A stretch of 64,000 nt of DNA from Malacoraja senta. Lineage: Eukaryota. Position numbers and translations under genes: made by a program. Under the pieces are notes generated by a model. The model searched no databases and had not been told where the DNA came from. It saw nothing but the letters and a program-made list of their open reading frames with translations. The stretch covers positions 1,490,001 through 1,554,000 of the forward strand of contig CM075999.1 in the NCBI GenBank assembly GCA_038087875.1. The letters are read 5' to 3'. Positions 13,016 through 27,277 of the stretch are shown here, in pieces; positions within the stretch are counted from its first letter, which is position 1, and the number at the start of each line of letters is the position of its first letter.

Positions 13016-14684
13016 TTTCATAACATCTTATTTCCCTTCATAAACATGCTTTATTAACTCAATTAACCTTTGCATTTGCTACACATTGGTTAAAGGAGTT
13101 GTTGCTGAATTCCTTCTTCTATCTGCAAGTGCTAAATGTAAAAGTTATATGCATGGCCTCTAGTTTTACACTCTTCCTCCTCTACTCCCTCTCCCCTCAC
13201 CACAAGTGAAACACCTTCTCTCACATCCAGCCTCCGCTTAAAAGACCACACCCCTCAGCCTTCTGTTTGGTTCGGAAAAGACACTACCTCTCTCAACAGC
13301 GCCATCTTTCATATATAGTCTCATTCTTGCAAAACTTATTTTATACCTTCTCTAGTATCCTCTATGCATTTGGTAATGTGGTATACATTAATCCAAATCA
13401 ATGAGAAACAAAATCCAAATAAAAAATCTATCCGGGTTACAATTTAAGCTAGTGGTAACAATATTCACTGTATTACTTAAATGCACATCCTAAAAGCACT
13501 GGGTGAGAGGGAAAACATAAAACATTATCCATTCTGCAGCAAGTTTCTGCTTGCCATACAAACAAATGATTCTGTAGATAAATCCACTGCTTTGAATTCC
13601 TGCCTTTCTTGCAGCTTCATGTTTTAACATGTTTCTGAGCCAAGAAACCATGTAAAGCTTGAAAGCACTAACCAACAGCCAACGTCTCCTCTCATCGCAC
13701 AGTCACCAACAGTTAATACAACATCATGCTGTAGGCATCCAGAGCCCCAATCAACCGTACAAAATGTGATCAGAAATGTTCCACCAAAAAAAACACTTGA
13801 AAACATCTTAAATCAAAAACAAATTAATATAATTGGTTTGGTGATAGAGGTATATGTTCAATGTTGCATCAATCATCATAATTAACAATAGCAAATGACT
13901 AATCACCTCCCATTAAAAATTGAACAGCTAACCATGTTCTAGGTAAGTATCTTTTTGGTTACCACGTCTACCCAAGATTGAGCAGGCATGTTGCCAGATA
14001 ATACAAGGAATTGGGAACTGCAACTTTGGCAGTGTGGAAGTGCAACTCTTCTGAAGCGACGTCTGGAGATGGAAAGCATCATCAAGAATAATTATGATCA
14101 AACCACCAGGAAGCCTGCACCTAAACTGAGAAGGGGCCCAAAGCAACCTACCAGTCAACATCATGACCAACGCAAAACTGACTCTGAGGACAAATTGGTA
14201 AATGCTCTGGACTCTGCTACACATGTTAAAAAACACACTCCAGGTTCATCTCCCCGCTGGTGTGCTTGACAGCATTGGTTGGAATGTGTGCAGGGATCCA
14301 ACCAGGGACTAGAAAAAGGAAAATCGACAACCGAGGCTTTGCTTTTGCTAGAAATTGCAGGTAAGTTAACCAAGAGCACATTTAGGCTCCACTAAAGATG
14401 GGACAAAGAAAGCTCATGCATGGGAACACCTCAGAGATACATCTCAAAGTCATCTATCACTTTGAAACACATCACATGTCTTCATTACTGCTTGATCAAA
14501 ACCTCCCTACTTTGATGAAAGTGGATTGCCATAACAACTCCAAGAGGCAGCTCACAACCAATGTTTGTGTGTAATTAAGGATGGTCAATAAATTTCAATT
14601 TTGGCAGTGAAGCCAACATTCCATGAATGACTAACTTTGAATTAATTTAAATATTATATCCTTAAGCAGTTAAGGCAGGAAACA

Positions 14685-14960
14685 GTGTGGGAAGGAACTG
14701 CAGATTCTGGTTTACACCAAAGATAGACACAAAATGCTGGAATAACTCAGCTGGACAGGCAGCAACTCTGGATAGAAGGAATGGGTGACGTTTCAGGTTG
14801 AAACCCTTCTTCAGACTGAGAGTCAGGGGAGAGGGAGACCCAGAGATATGGAAGGATAATGTGAAAACAATACATCAAAAGAAATGGTGATTAAGGAAAT
14901 ATTGTAGAAAAGATCATTGTTAGCTAGGAGAAGGTGACAACGAAGTAAACAGAGATAACA
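14685..14960 (-). mobile_element. Penelope-like terminal repeat
   Basis: GTGACGTTTCAGGTTGAAACCCTTCTTCAGAC core with the typical flanks. Confidence 0.7.
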
Positions 14961-15969
14961 TTTTGCTTTAATTGATATGGTTGTTAAGATTCTGGGAACA
15001 GGGAGTTGCCCTTTCTTGGATCTGCTCAATGCAGGTCTCACGGTTGATCTCTATGGATCAACCTCTACTGACATCAGGGAAGATTCAGTCAGAAATTTAA
15101 AGTCAGGTCAGCCAAACAAGTGTTTTCCCAAGTGTAGGCACTGTTACTGAACACTGAAACTTAAGAATCACTTTTATAAACAAACACACTGCAAGACAAT
15201 GTACAAGTATGTGACTTTTCTGATACCCTATTCTGTTCTTTGTATAAATTGTCCATTAGCAATTCTTCAGCCATAACTCACACCGTTATGAACCCCCATA
15301 CTTCTATCCCACCCAACAATGTACACCCAGTTTCCCTTGCTCCATTACAATAGATTCAAAACAGATTCTCCTATTTGTAAAATTTCCCATTGGCCTTGGC
15401 CCATCTTACTTTAAGCTGGTCTGCATCCTGCACATGTAACATGCTCCTGGAATGCACATCATCTTCCTCGCACTGAGCTACAAACAGTTGCCATCTTTCT
15501 TTAATTGTGTTCCTCCAGTTCCCATCACCCTACCTGCTTTCAGAAACCTCTTCGACCGCGCCCTCAGTCCCCCATCCAAGACGTTCAGTTTCCTCCTGCT
15601 TGGAAACATGCAGCATCTGTGGAGCCAGAAAGACATTTCCTACTTTAGGCTGATTTTTCATCATGATTGGCATAAAACAGGTTGCCACAGATGCCAGCCC
15701 ACCCACTGAGTAATTCCAGCAATTGTGTCTATCTGTTTTAGACTTCCAGCGTCTGGACATTTTGCCTTTGTACACTTTGAAATTGCCTCATGACTGTGTT
15801 GATGAAAAGAAACAAATCTGGATATTGCATTTCTAAATTCAGGCAAAACATTTTACTAGAATTGTGTTATAGCGGCATATGCAGGTTTGTTTAAATACTA
15901 ATTGCAATCACTCCTTCATAAAATAGCCTCTGCTGCCCACTTCACCGTGCATCAATACTACCAATAGTA

Positions 15970-16265
15970 TGGCAGCACAGTGACACAGCGGTAGAGTTGT
16001 TGCCTTACGGCGCATGAGATCAGGGTTTGAACCTGCCTATGGGGATTGTCTGTACAGAGTTTGTACGCTCACCCAGTGACCGAGTGGGTTTTCTCCGGTT
16101 TCCTCCCACACTCCAAAGATGTACAAGTTTGTAGGTTAATTGGCTTCTGTAAATTGTAAATTGTCCCTAGTGTGCAGGATCGTGCCAGTGTACGGAGTGA
16201 TCGCTGGTCGGCGCGGACTTGGTGGGCCGTTTCCGGGCCTGTTTCCATGCTGTATCTCCATTAAG
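15970..16265 (+). mobile_element. HE1-like tRNA/V-SINE
   Basis: tRNA-like head, central GTTTGTACG...CCTCCCACACTCCAAAGA domain, and CR1-like tail GGGCCTGTTTCCATGCTGTATCTC. Confidence 0.85.
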
Positions 16266-17584
16266 TCTGAAGCATAAGGAAATAGTCCATGGAATTTTAC
16301 ATGAGATGAAGTAATTAACATGGGGGTCATTCAGGCCATTACAGATTTTGGGATTTTAAAGGAAGCAAACACTCTGGGTGAATCGGGTAGGAAACTGAAC
16401 AAGTTGTGGGATCAATGGCACAGGCTGATATAGATTCCTTCTGTTCCAATTTATGCTTGCAAACAAAATTGAAACCACATAACTTATGAAAGTGATCAAA
16501 ACTTAATTTTGTTAAGATTTGTCTTGACCAGTAAATATTATCATTTTAATCAGAGTTGCAGTTCATCAATGCTCCCCAACACCTGACAATTCGTGGTATA
16601 CACCCTAGCCTCATAAGTACTGCCAAAACGCAGCATCTTAGTTATCTGGATCGATCTCCATCTGCCATTTAACAACCCACTTCACCAACATACCCAAAAT
16701 CACTCCATAGCTTAAGGCCACTCTCTACACAATCCACAACACCATCAATCTTCATGTAGTCAATCCCCGAGGAAAAGTACTCGCAACAGGCATCCAATCT
16801 CTAAAACATCCTGTCTCCAATGGTCGTTAATTTTGGATCCAGTTTATCAAATCGCCCCAGATCCCATCGGCCCCGAACCATATTGACCACTCCCATGTGG
16901 GAGGATCTTTATCCCATGATAGGAGCATCAAAAATAAGGTGACATATTTTTGAGGCGAGAGTTCCTTCAGAGGGGATTTGAGGAGAAAGCTTTGTTTTAC
17001 GCAGAGAGTGGATGATTTCTAGAAGTCGCTGACACAGGAGGTGGTGGAATCACATACAATCACGACATTTAAGCGACATTTGATCAGGCATGTGATCACG
17101 CATGAAAAGCTCCAAACTTAATGCAGGTAAATGGGATTTGGATGGTTCAGCAATAAGTTCGGCAGGGAGAAGGTGGGCCTAAGGACCCATTTTCTCCACT
17201 GTACAACTCCATGACTATGACTGATGAACATTTATGTAGGATGACAGGGATGAAGCCACTTGAACCATTGTTCCTTTCCCAACCATTATGGAAGAAGTGC
17301 GTTTTGAACAGGAAGCAATTAAAGACACGTCACTCATGCAATCAGTGTCAGTTTGACTTTAACACACTACCATTTTTGAATAAGTCAGACGTATTATTTC
17401 CTGTTTACAAAAACATTAATTCCAATTTCAACTTGAAAAAGATCCAGGAATATTTCCACAGGAACTTTATCAGAATGCACATAGTTTTGTTTTTAAATAC
17501 TAGAGTCAATTTTTTTTAAAACTGCTTGAGGGACTCAGGAGGCCCGGGAGCATCTGTGGAGGGAATTTAAGTTCGTGAACATTT

Positions 17585-18190
17585 GAAGGCACTGGAGTTT
17601 AGAAGGATGGGGGGGGGGGGGACGGACCTAATTGAAACTTACAGAATAGTGAAAGGCCTGGATAGAGTGAATGTGGAGAGGATGTTTCTATGATCAGAGG
17701 CCATAGCCTCAGAATAAAAGGACGCACCTTTAGAAAGGAGATGAGGAGACATTTCTGTAGGCAGAGGGTGGTGAATCTGTGGGATTCATTGCCACAGATG
17801 GCAATGAATGGAGGCCAAGTCAATGGATATGTTTAAGGCAGAGATTGACATATTCTTGATTGGTAAGGGTTCAGGGCTTATGGCACCAGGACACCACCTG
17901 CCTTATACTACCTGAAAAGCCCTAAACCGTCTCCGCACTGGAGTGGGACGTTGCGGACTCAACATGAAGAAGTGGGGCTCTCAAACTCTGACAACTGCAA
18001 CTATGGAGAGGTACAGACAATGGCCCACCTACTGACTTGTGGCGCAGAGGCATGCACTGCGGACGATGTGCGCAGGCACAGATGTGGCTAAGTTATGGCA
18101 GAACGTTGTCTGTCACGAGCGAGCGAGGGCTTATGGCGAGAATGGGATTGAGAGGGAAAGAGATCAGCCATGATTGAATTCTGCTCCTGG
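17585..18190 (+). mobile_element. CR1/HER1-like LINE 3' fragment split by a Vingi-like insertion
   Basis: CTGGAGTTTAGAAGGATG...GGTGAATCTGTGG, resuming after 18137 with GAGAATGGGATTGAGAGGG..GATCAGCCATGATTGAAT. Confidence 0.8.
17885..18125 (+). mobile_element. 5'-truncated Ingi/Vingi-like LINE 3' end with 12-bp TSD
   Basis: Translates KALNRLRTGVGRCGLNMKKWG, then after a frameshift SDNCNYGEVQTMAHLLTC. (GAGC)n tail. TSD AGGGCTTATGGC at 17873-17884 and 18126-18137. Confidence 0.7.
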
Positions 18191-20069
18191 AACAGAACTT
18201 ATGACTCTTCTTCAATAGTATTGAAGGGCCAGAAACCTAAACGTTGAGAGGTAGTGTTAATTCTACAATGTTACAGAATTTATTTTTGATAACCATAGCT
18301 GTGGTAATCAAAGCTCTTGATCACCATTCAATAACCTCCTTTGGAAAGTCTACACCCAAGGATATAAGTTTATCTGCAAGAAGCATTGATTCCCAGGTCA
18401 TAGTTCTGATGATAAGTCATGTAACTCAGAAGCACCTAATGGTTCCTCATGGCATCTTCCTTCAATGAACCCATGGTACACATTTTCAAACGGCATGATC
18501 ATCAATCCCGAAGCACGAGGAGGTATCAAAATGTGTGAGAGCAAAGGGGAACCCATCGTACGATCCAGCCAAAAGAATGACAGAAACAAAGAGAATTTTC
18601 CCAATGAAAACTGCATGGTTTGCTAGTTTCGAGGGATGAGTGATGGGGAAAAAAAAAGAAGAAAAATTATTCCAACTACAACCCAATTACATACCACTGT
18701 TTAATGGAAAGGTCTTCAGTGGGAATGTCACCTTGAAACCTAAATAAGGGATGGTGTTCAATTTAATTCAGCAGTGAGTCATGCAGACTAGCTTGAGGTT
18801 CTGCAGTGATACATATGAAGAAACAAAAACACATTTAAGTTCTGCTGAGCAGAAGCCATTGGTGTATTGAGAGAACAAGTAAGCTGTCTGTACAAACACA
18901 TCTGTAGTCTGTGGCATTCAATTGAGCATTACAGTGACAGACTATTTCCATCCCGCATCTTAATTCCTAGCAAATGGAGAAAAATCACAGATAGACACAC
19001 AACGCTGGAGAAACTCAGCAGGACAGGCAGCATCTCTGGAGAGAAGGAATGGGTGACGTTTCGGGTCAAACCCATCACATGTGGTTACTGTGCCTACCTC
19101 AGACTAATCGCGTAATTGCCCGTTTTAGACCACACAAAGTGGCATTAACAATGCAAAGGCTGGAATGCAAGCTTTGGATTAGACATTTCTGTGTCTTCAG
19201 TGAAAGCATGAAGTGAAAACGTTACAATGTCTATTATTTTGCAGAGGAAACAAAAGACCAGAATATACCATGTGCATGCTTTGCTTTTACAGCCTTATCT
19301 CTTCCTTTGACATTGATAGTGCATGTTAATTAATGCCAAATGTCACCATTCCTATACATAAACCTAATTATGATTCTTAACGGCAAAGCTATCCCAAACC
19401 CGAGGCCAAACTCTCCCTTAATTTGTACATTGACATTATTCCTCCAAAGATAACTCGCTAGATTGTGATTTGGAGAGTGAAGCCTAGTTGATTTGGCCAA
19501 AGGACAAATGTTGTGTTGCAACTGAAATCTAGAACTTCACTGCAGGCCAGGAATAAAACCTGGGCATTCAGTCTGACTTGGTGAAATCCAAGATAGACAC
19601 AAAAAGCTGGAGTAACTCAGCGGGGCAGGCGGCATCTCTGGATAGAAGCAATAGGTGTGTTTTTGGGTCAAGACCCTTCTTCAGACTAAATCCAACAAGC
19701 ATTAGTCAATTCAGTATCTGAAGAGAGATGGGAAGTTCGCAACCCATTGTCATGCAAACTGTGAAAGCAGAAGCTGGGTTCTTTCCTGCAATAAAAGCTT
19801 ATTTTGAGGTGATGTATGGCTCACAGGCTCTTCCACAACCAGCCAGAGGCTTGGTGTATGACAGAGGAAGTCAGGAGGGTGAAAAATAAAGTTTGCCCAT
19901 CCATGTCTGGCTTTCCAACAGATTTCTTAATTCTGCTCTTTGGTCAGATCAATGATCTATTGACCACTGCTGCTTGTAGAATATATAACACAGCTTTAAA
20001 GGCGCTGGCTGAAAGGGCTTTTAATTTTTTTAATTTCAATTTTAATTCTAATTTTAATGCTCTTAAGCA

Positions 20070-20338
20070 ACATATCCCTCCCCCACCCTAGTTCTCCGAC
20101 TAGTTTCACTGTCCTCCCGATTAATTTTACTGATTGCATGCCTCGTTGTCATTTTCCCCTCAGCTTACAACAAACCATTCTACATTTCCTTGATCATCGC
20201 CTGCGTTGATCTACCCTTCCAAATCTCTAGTCTCCCTCTCCCCGACTCTCAGTCTGAAGAAGGGTCTCGACACAAAACACCACCCATTCCTTCACTCCAG
20301 TATCCCGTTGAGTTATTCCAGCATTTTGTGTATATCTA
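20070..20338 (+). mobile_element. Penelope-like 3' region and terminal repeat
   Basis: Pyrimidine-rich 3' UTR followed by CAGTCTGAAGAAGGGTCTCGAC...CCAGCATTTTGTGT. Confidence 0.7.
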
Positions 20339-20548
20339 TATTGCAGAGGCACAAACAATATCATATTGAATTTCAGCACAATCTCTCAAGTGAAGATGGA
20401 TTCAACTTGTATTAGCTGAGGCAAAGGTTTGTCAGATCAGAGGCTCAATGACCTCCCTTATCTTTTGGGTAGCTTGCTAAAACATCTTCGATTGTATAAA
20501 CAAAAATAACTCAACTTGCCACCTTCTTTTACACAGTAATGGATTTAC

Positions 20549-20753
20549 CATGTCTTCCCAGCATTTGTGCATTTTTATTTTTAACTTGCAACTGCACTGT
20601 ACTTCCTGTGTCAACTCCTCCTCACAGATGTCTATGTAAATATACAGGCTTCTTCAGAATGAAGTTAGTGGAATTATTTTTCAGTGGAAAGTGTTCAGAT
20701 TCTGCAATTCAATCGTCTTCTCTCCGGAGGGGCTGGGAACAATGTACACTCTT
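20549..20753 (-). other. Candidate internal exon (probably 5' UTR) of an unidentified minus-strand gene
   Basis: Acceptor TTTCTCTTCCAG downstream of a ~200-nt pyrimidine tract (20810-21000 on the minus strand), donor ATG|GTAAAT, non-repetitive sequence. All frames contain stops. Confidence 0.4.
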
Positions 20754-21124
20754 CTGGAAGAGAAATTCAGAATCTAATATTTTTTATAATTAAGCATCAT
20801 AAAGTATTTTAAAGGAAGCAAATAAAAGGAGAAAGGAGAGAGAGACAAGCAAGAAAGAAGACAGAAAGAGAAGGAAAGGGAGAAATAATGGAATGGGAGA
20901 ACAAGGGGTGAAAAGAAAGGAAGGTGAGAAAAGAAAGGAAGGAGAACAGTTGTGTGCCTGAGAGTGAATGCAGAGAAGAGGAAATGAGAAGAGAGGGGAA
21001 CAATATTGAGAAGGGACAAGAAGGATAAACAGATTCAGAAACTTAATTATTGTTAATAATAGAAGCTCCAAGCAGAGCGAGATGTTTGAAATTACAATGG
21101 TCTGGCTAATAGTAGTGCTGCCAA

Positions 21125-21510
21125 ACTCAGCAGGACAGGCAGCATCTCTGGAGAACAATGATAGGTGACGTTTTGGGTTGAGACCATTCTACAGACTGCT
21201 TGTACTGCGCAGGGGGGAAGGGTGTGGGAGGGGGGGGGGAACCATGAACTGGGAAGGCAGGACATAGCGCAGCAGGTTAAAAGTGGACACAGGCGTGGGT
21301 GTATTGATAGGCACATGCATGGAACAAAGGCCAGAGGAAAAAGCAGGTAGTGAGAGACAGAAATGAAGAGATAAGGTGTGCTAGAAGGAGGAATGTAGCA
21401 GGGGGGATTAGAAGAAATAGGTGGGAGTCCACATGGGGCACAGGGGAGGGGTTAGTTAGAGTTAGAGGTAACCTAAAATTGGAGAATTCATACCGTTGGG
21501 TTGAAGGCTA
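21125..21510 (-). mobile_element. Penelope-like 3' end
   Basis: Minus strand begins with residual coding sequence SLQPNGMN..FSNFR (end of a GIY-YIG-type ORF), then the UTR and terminal repeat. Confidence 0.7.
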
Positions 21511-23144
21511 CAAATAACAAAATACTATCATCAGTCTGGCTCTTCAGCACAAGTACTCTTGAGGTACTCTCAAGCCTAATATGTCGTAGATCTAATGTTT
21601 TCTTTTAAGAGAAATGTAATGTAAGAAATACAAGCAGGTGCAGGCCATACATTCCCTTCAATCAAAGATAGACACATCATGCTGGAGTAACTCAGTGGGA
21701 CAGGCAGCATCTCTGGAGAGAAGGAATGGGTGATGTTTTAGGTTGAGACCCTTCTTCAGACTAAGAGTCGGGGGAAAGAGAAATGAGAGATATAGACGGT
21801 GATGTAGAGATGCAGAACAAATGATTGAAAGATATGCAAAAAAGTAACAATGATAAAGGAAACAGGCCATTGTTAGCTGTTTGCATTCAGGCATTTTGTG
21901 TCTATCTTCGGTTTCAACTATCATCCAAGCAGCTTGCAGAGAATGGGGCTATGCAAGTGCTTTCTAAATATTCTTTAACAGTGGTAATAAACAATCGGAA
22001 ACCTCTTTCACTGCATTAGATCTGCTCAGCTGATGGCTTTCAATCAGAAAGAACATTATTTTAAAAATCCGAAGAAGGGTCTCGACCCGAAACGTCACCC
22101 ATTCCTTCTCTCCAGATATGCTGCCTGTCCCACTAAGTTATACCAGCATTTTGTGTCTCCTTCTCCTTTATTTTAAGGCTGAGGGTTTAATCCAGACAAC
22201 CTTCAGGAAAAGTCACCCCATCATCCTTCAACTGAAATGTCCTTTATCTGTCAGGTATACAGATGGACATTGAAGATAGAAATAGAGACTTGCATTTCTG
22301 GAGCAATTTAAATTACCTCAGCATGTCACCGAGTGTGACATATCCAATTTAGAACTTCTCTTTAATGTAGGCATTGCAGTAACATAAACAGACAGGAGTG
22401 TTAAATCCCATAAACACCAATGTGATAGATGACATGTAGAAACAAAGAACTGCAGATGCTGGTTTATACCAAAGATAGACACAACGTGCTGGAGTAGCTC
22501 AGCGGGTCAGGCAGCAACTCTGGAGAAAAAGAATGGGTGACGTTTTGGGTCAGGACACCTTCGACATAAATCTGTTTCTAACTAAAACTGGTCCAGGAAG
22601 AAATCCTGCCCAAGAGATACTGTTCTCAGTTCTTTCCAAGTAGAGCCATAGGACTTAAGCTCATCTGAACAATGAAGCATTACCTCAGTACTTTTCTAAA
22701 CATCGTGATGGGGCCAAACCCCTGAATGCCCAAGTTCTCAACACAAGTGAAAGTAGTTCGCCCATGTGCCAATATCACATTGAAGGATTCCCAATGTTAC
22801 TTGTCTCCAAAGCACATAGACTCGCACAATGTTTCTGAATTTCATCTGCAATGTAATTAAAATACCAGTATTGTAAGTATTTTCTGAGACGCAATATTGT
22901 AGTGGGCATCAGTGCAATACAGCTGCTTCCAGCACAATACCACACAGCAGGTTCAGCTCTGATCTCAAGTGCTGTCGGAGTGGAGTCTTCAAGTTCTCCC
23001 TGTAACTGGGTGGTTTTCCTCCTGGTTCTCTGGTTTATTCCAATATCCCAAAGACCTGCGTATAGGTTGGTATATTAAATTGGTCACAGTAAATTTTCCC
23101 AAGTGTATAAAGTAGTAGAATCTGTGGGGAGTTGATGAGAATGT

Positions 23145-23425
23145 TTAGAGATACAGCATGGAAACAGGCCCTTCGGCACACCAAGTCCTCGACGACCATC
23201 GATCGCTGGTTCAAACACTAGTTCTGTTATCACACTTTCTCATCCACTCCCTACACATTAAGGGCAATTTACAAAGTCAGATTAACCTACAAACCCGCAC
23301 GTCTTTGGGATGTGGGAGGAGACCGGAGCACCTGAAGGAAACCCACCCACAAGCAAACTCTACACAGACGAGGTCAGGATCGAACCCGGATCATGAGGTA
23401 GTAGCTCTACCAGCTGTGCTGTCCA
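23145..23425 (-). mobile_element. HE1-like SINE nested in an older SINE copy (22905-23550)
   Basis: Reverse-complement SINE flanked by the repeat ATGAGAATGT at ~23135 and ~23436. Confidence 0.7.
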
Positions 23426-25169
23426 CTACTCAACTATGAGAATGTGAAGAGAATAAAAATGGGCTTAATGAAGGATTAGTATAAAAGGGTGGTTGATGAT
23501 CAGAGCAGACTCAGTGGGCAGAAGGGCCTGTTTCTGTTCTATATAACTCTGTAAATACCTGTACTTTCTTTCAAGAGCAGCAATCGGGATCCAGCCCATC
23601 CAATGAAAACCAGAGTGTAAGAGACAATACAAACTTCGCTGAACATTTAAAAATTATTGATTATACCACAGGCCGGCCACCTCTTTTATAGATGTCATGG
23701 CCTGAGAAGATTCAGCATGGTGTAACAAGGATATGGGGGGACTTCAGTTACAAAATTGATTACAGAAATTAAGATCATTGTTAAAAGCATTGTTAAAATG
23801 GTTAAGCAATTTTGCTTACAGTGGGTATGAGGGTTGCTAATCAGAGTTTTGGAATCTGGTAAAATAACCAAACGTCAAGGAAAAGAATACACAGCAGACT
23901 ATGAAGATCTGGAATTTGTGGTGGTGAGAGGAGCAGAATTAATTGAAATTTTCAAAAGGGGCATTAAAGTTTACACTGCGCATCTTTGAGGTGAGAGTAG
24001 GGGATTGAGATTAATGAATAGATCTATCAAAAGGATCGTCACAGATATGACATGCAAAATGGCCTATTCCCCTGCTGCCTCGTCCTGTAATAATTCTAGT
24101 CGAGAAGTAAAGAAAAAAAAGAAATCGCTGGTAAGATTACCCTTTATAAACAGAACACCTGCAGTGATCATTTAGAAGAAACTACAGCAAGTTACATTCT
24201 AAATATGTAAAGCCACATGATTTAAAGAGGTCATGAGCATATTTGCGAAATATTTTCAGCCACAATTTTTCTTTCCTTACAGGATCTGCTTGAAAGGCAA
24301 CGAGGTTGGTGATTTACGAAGACACAGTTTTGTGTAAACAGCAGGGTTTTTAATAAATTGAAAAAAAATGTTAAACTCTATGCAGGAGTACAACTGTGCA
24401 CAAATAAGTCCAGCAACACAAATACAAAATGGCAATCAATCATAAAGGAATCAAAAGACTTCGTTCAATGGCGCAACATTGTACAACCTGATTCTTGATC
24501 AAAATCAAGGAGCGTGGAATTAAATTAATACTTGGTTTGGGAGGGGGAAGAATGAATAATATCAGATTAGTATAAAATGGAAAAAAAACATAACTTTTCA
24601 GATAACAAGTCACATGACAAACCAGACAGCCAAATATTCTATCTAAATATCTTATTTTACGTAACCGGGAGTTCCCCAGAGAATGTGATGATGCAACTGA
24701 GTTTCTTGCTCAGCCATTCAAGAGGCTAAATTAAGATCTATCTACATTAGTAGTGGAGTCACAGGTGTGAGACTGAGCATAGATGCAGGGCTTCCTTTCC
24801 AAAATAGACATTAATGCACAAAATGGGTCTTTATTACATTCATACATCGTTATGGGCACCTGCAGAAACAAATCCCATTTGTTACCCGGAAATTCCCTAT
24901 ACTCAATTACCACCAGAACAATGAAGAAGTTGGAACTCTTTCCTTAACCTAGAAAAAAACAATTTGTATCACATTTGAGCGAATTGGTTGACTGCATGGA
25001 AAGCATGAATAAAAAAACAAAAAACTTGTAGAAGAATTAGGTCTTCCATTCTGCTGAAACTTGAGATTTTTGTGAAGCTCGGTTTAACTTCTACCCTGTA
25101 CAGTAACTTCTACCCTGAAGTCATCTGACATACAGTAGCCCTGCATGGATAAGATCATGAGCAACTGCG

Positions 25170-25910
25170 ACATAGGAAAAGGGGAGATGCAACGAGACCT
25201 GGGTGTCATGGTACACCAGTCATTAAAAGTAGGCATGCAGTTGCAGCAGGCAGTGAAGAAGGCGAATGGTATGTTAGCATTCATAGCAAAAGGATTCGAG
25301 TATAGGAGCAGGGAGGTTCTACTGCAGTTGTACAGGGTCTTGGTGAGACCACACCTGGAGTATTGCGTACAGTTTTGGTCTCCTAATCTGAGGAAAGACA
25401 TTCTTGCCATAGAGGGAGTACAGAGATGGTTCACCAGACAGATTCCTGGGATGTCAGGACTTTCATATGAAGAAAGACTGAATAGACTCGGTTTGTACTC
25501 GCTAGAATTTAGAAGATTGAGGGGGGATCTTATAGAAACGTGCAAAATTCTTAAGGCGTTGGACAGGCTAGATGCAGGAAGATTGTTCCCGATGTTGGGG
25601 AAGTCCAGAACAAGGGGTCAGTTTAAGGATAAGGGGGAAATCTTTTAGGACCGAGATGAGGAAAACATTTTTCACACAGAGAGTGGTGAATCTCTGGAAT
25701 TCTCTGCCACAGAAGGTAGTTGAGGCCAGTTCATTGGCTATATTTAAGAGGGAGTTAGATGTGGCCCTTTTGGCTAAAGGGATCAGGGGGTATGGAGAGA
25801 AAGCAGGTACAGGATACTGAGTTGGATGATCAGCCATGATCATATCGAATGGCAGTGCAGGCTCGAAGGGCCGAATGGCCTACTCCTGCACCTATTTTCT
25901 ATGTTTCTAT
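25170..25910 (+). mobile_element. CR1/HER1-like LINE 3' fragment
   Basis: ORFs read QRDLGV...LYRVLVRPHLEYCVQFWSP...RRLRGDLIE and FFTQRVVNLWNSLP. Ends in CTATTTTCTATGTTTCTATG. Confidence 0.92.
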
Positions 25911-26968
25911 GACATGCCAAACAACTTCAGTAGATCAGGGTTTTTCAAATGACTGTTCATGACTCACTCCAGGTCAGTGCAAGGAACACCTTGACTACTC
26001 TCAGTTGCAAATCATAGCGGACACCAACTGGCTGCATGATGAATTTCACAAGCACCTTAAACGGTGCACTATTTTTTTAAATATGTAGAGCCTTCATATC
26101 AGAACCAGTATCATTGGGAGTGGTTCTTAGTACATAATCTGGATATTTTGTGTTGATTCACTCCCCACCCTTCCAGCTCCAGGTTGTATTCAGCTTCATT
26201 GCTGTAGATTTGAACACTAGCTACCACATTTTACATCAGTGCGATAGCTAAATTAGCAGATAGACAACAGATTCAGCCCAGCCAGCCAGCCCACGGTGCT
26301 ATGCTACACACGAGCCTTTTTCAACCCGACTTCCTTCGTCTTTGCCAGCATATTCTGTTGTGCCATCTCCAAGCGATTTCCATAAATACATCGACATTAA
26401 TCATCTCAAACACGCTTGCAGCCAGAAAGCTCCACATTCTAACCAATATTAGAATCAAAGTTTTTCCTGGATTGTCTGGTGAATCTATTGTTGATAACAG
26501 AGTCAGTCTTACAGCGTGGAAACAGGCCTTTCAGCCAAACTTGCCCACACCGATCAACAAGTCCCAGCTACACTGGTCCTACCTGCCTGCTTTTGGCCCA
26601 TATTCCTCCAAACCCGTCCTATCCATGTACCTGTCTAATTATTTCTGAAACGTTGCAGTTGTCCCTGCCTCAACTATCTCCTCAGGCAGCTCGTTCCATA
26701 CACCCGCCACCGTTTGTGTGGTATTTATCTTGCATTTATTATCCCCTATCTTTATTTGCTCTGAAGTGGAAGTCTTCTACCTTATTAAATACTTTAGTAA
26801 TCCCACAAACCTTCATCAGGACAGCCCTCAATCCTAGAGCTATAAATGTTCTTTTGTTATTGCATGCTAAAAATACTAAACTTTGTATGTAACACTCTTT
26901 AATAGAATATCATTGCACAAGTGTCAATAGAAGTGATTGTTTAAACTAACAACCATGTGCTCAAGAGA

Positions 26969-26969
26969 C

Positions 26970-27009
<40 letters not shown>
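26969..27009. repeat. (AAT)n microsatellite
   Basis: About 13 perfect AAT units. Confidence 0.95.
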
Positions 27010-27277
27010 GATTTTATTTATATAGCGCTAGTATCCAATTACTGCGGAAAGGTTGCATGAAACCATAATTTTTTACCCAAAGTTTTTCGCCCAAGACAGC
27101 TTTATTTTCTCCCGTTTGCCAATTTCCAAAGTAGTTTCGAGATGGTTCTCCAGCTTCCGATCAAAATTGAGTTATAACCAATTCAGCCCACGTACGACAA
27201 ATAATGTTTCCGAATTCATCAATCATGTTATATTCAATTGGTTTAATGGAAGCATGCATAAAGCAATACTACCTTAC

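Noticed and set aside
13928..14379. Overlapping 70-100 aa ORFs in unique-looking sequence with + strand GTAAGT donors
   Set aside because: No recognisable protein motif and no coherent exon chain. Could be an old repeat or non-coding sequence.
20774..21158. Hydrophobic Phe/Leu/Ser-rich ORFs
   Set aside because: Translation of a GA-rich low-complexity tract, not a membrane protein.
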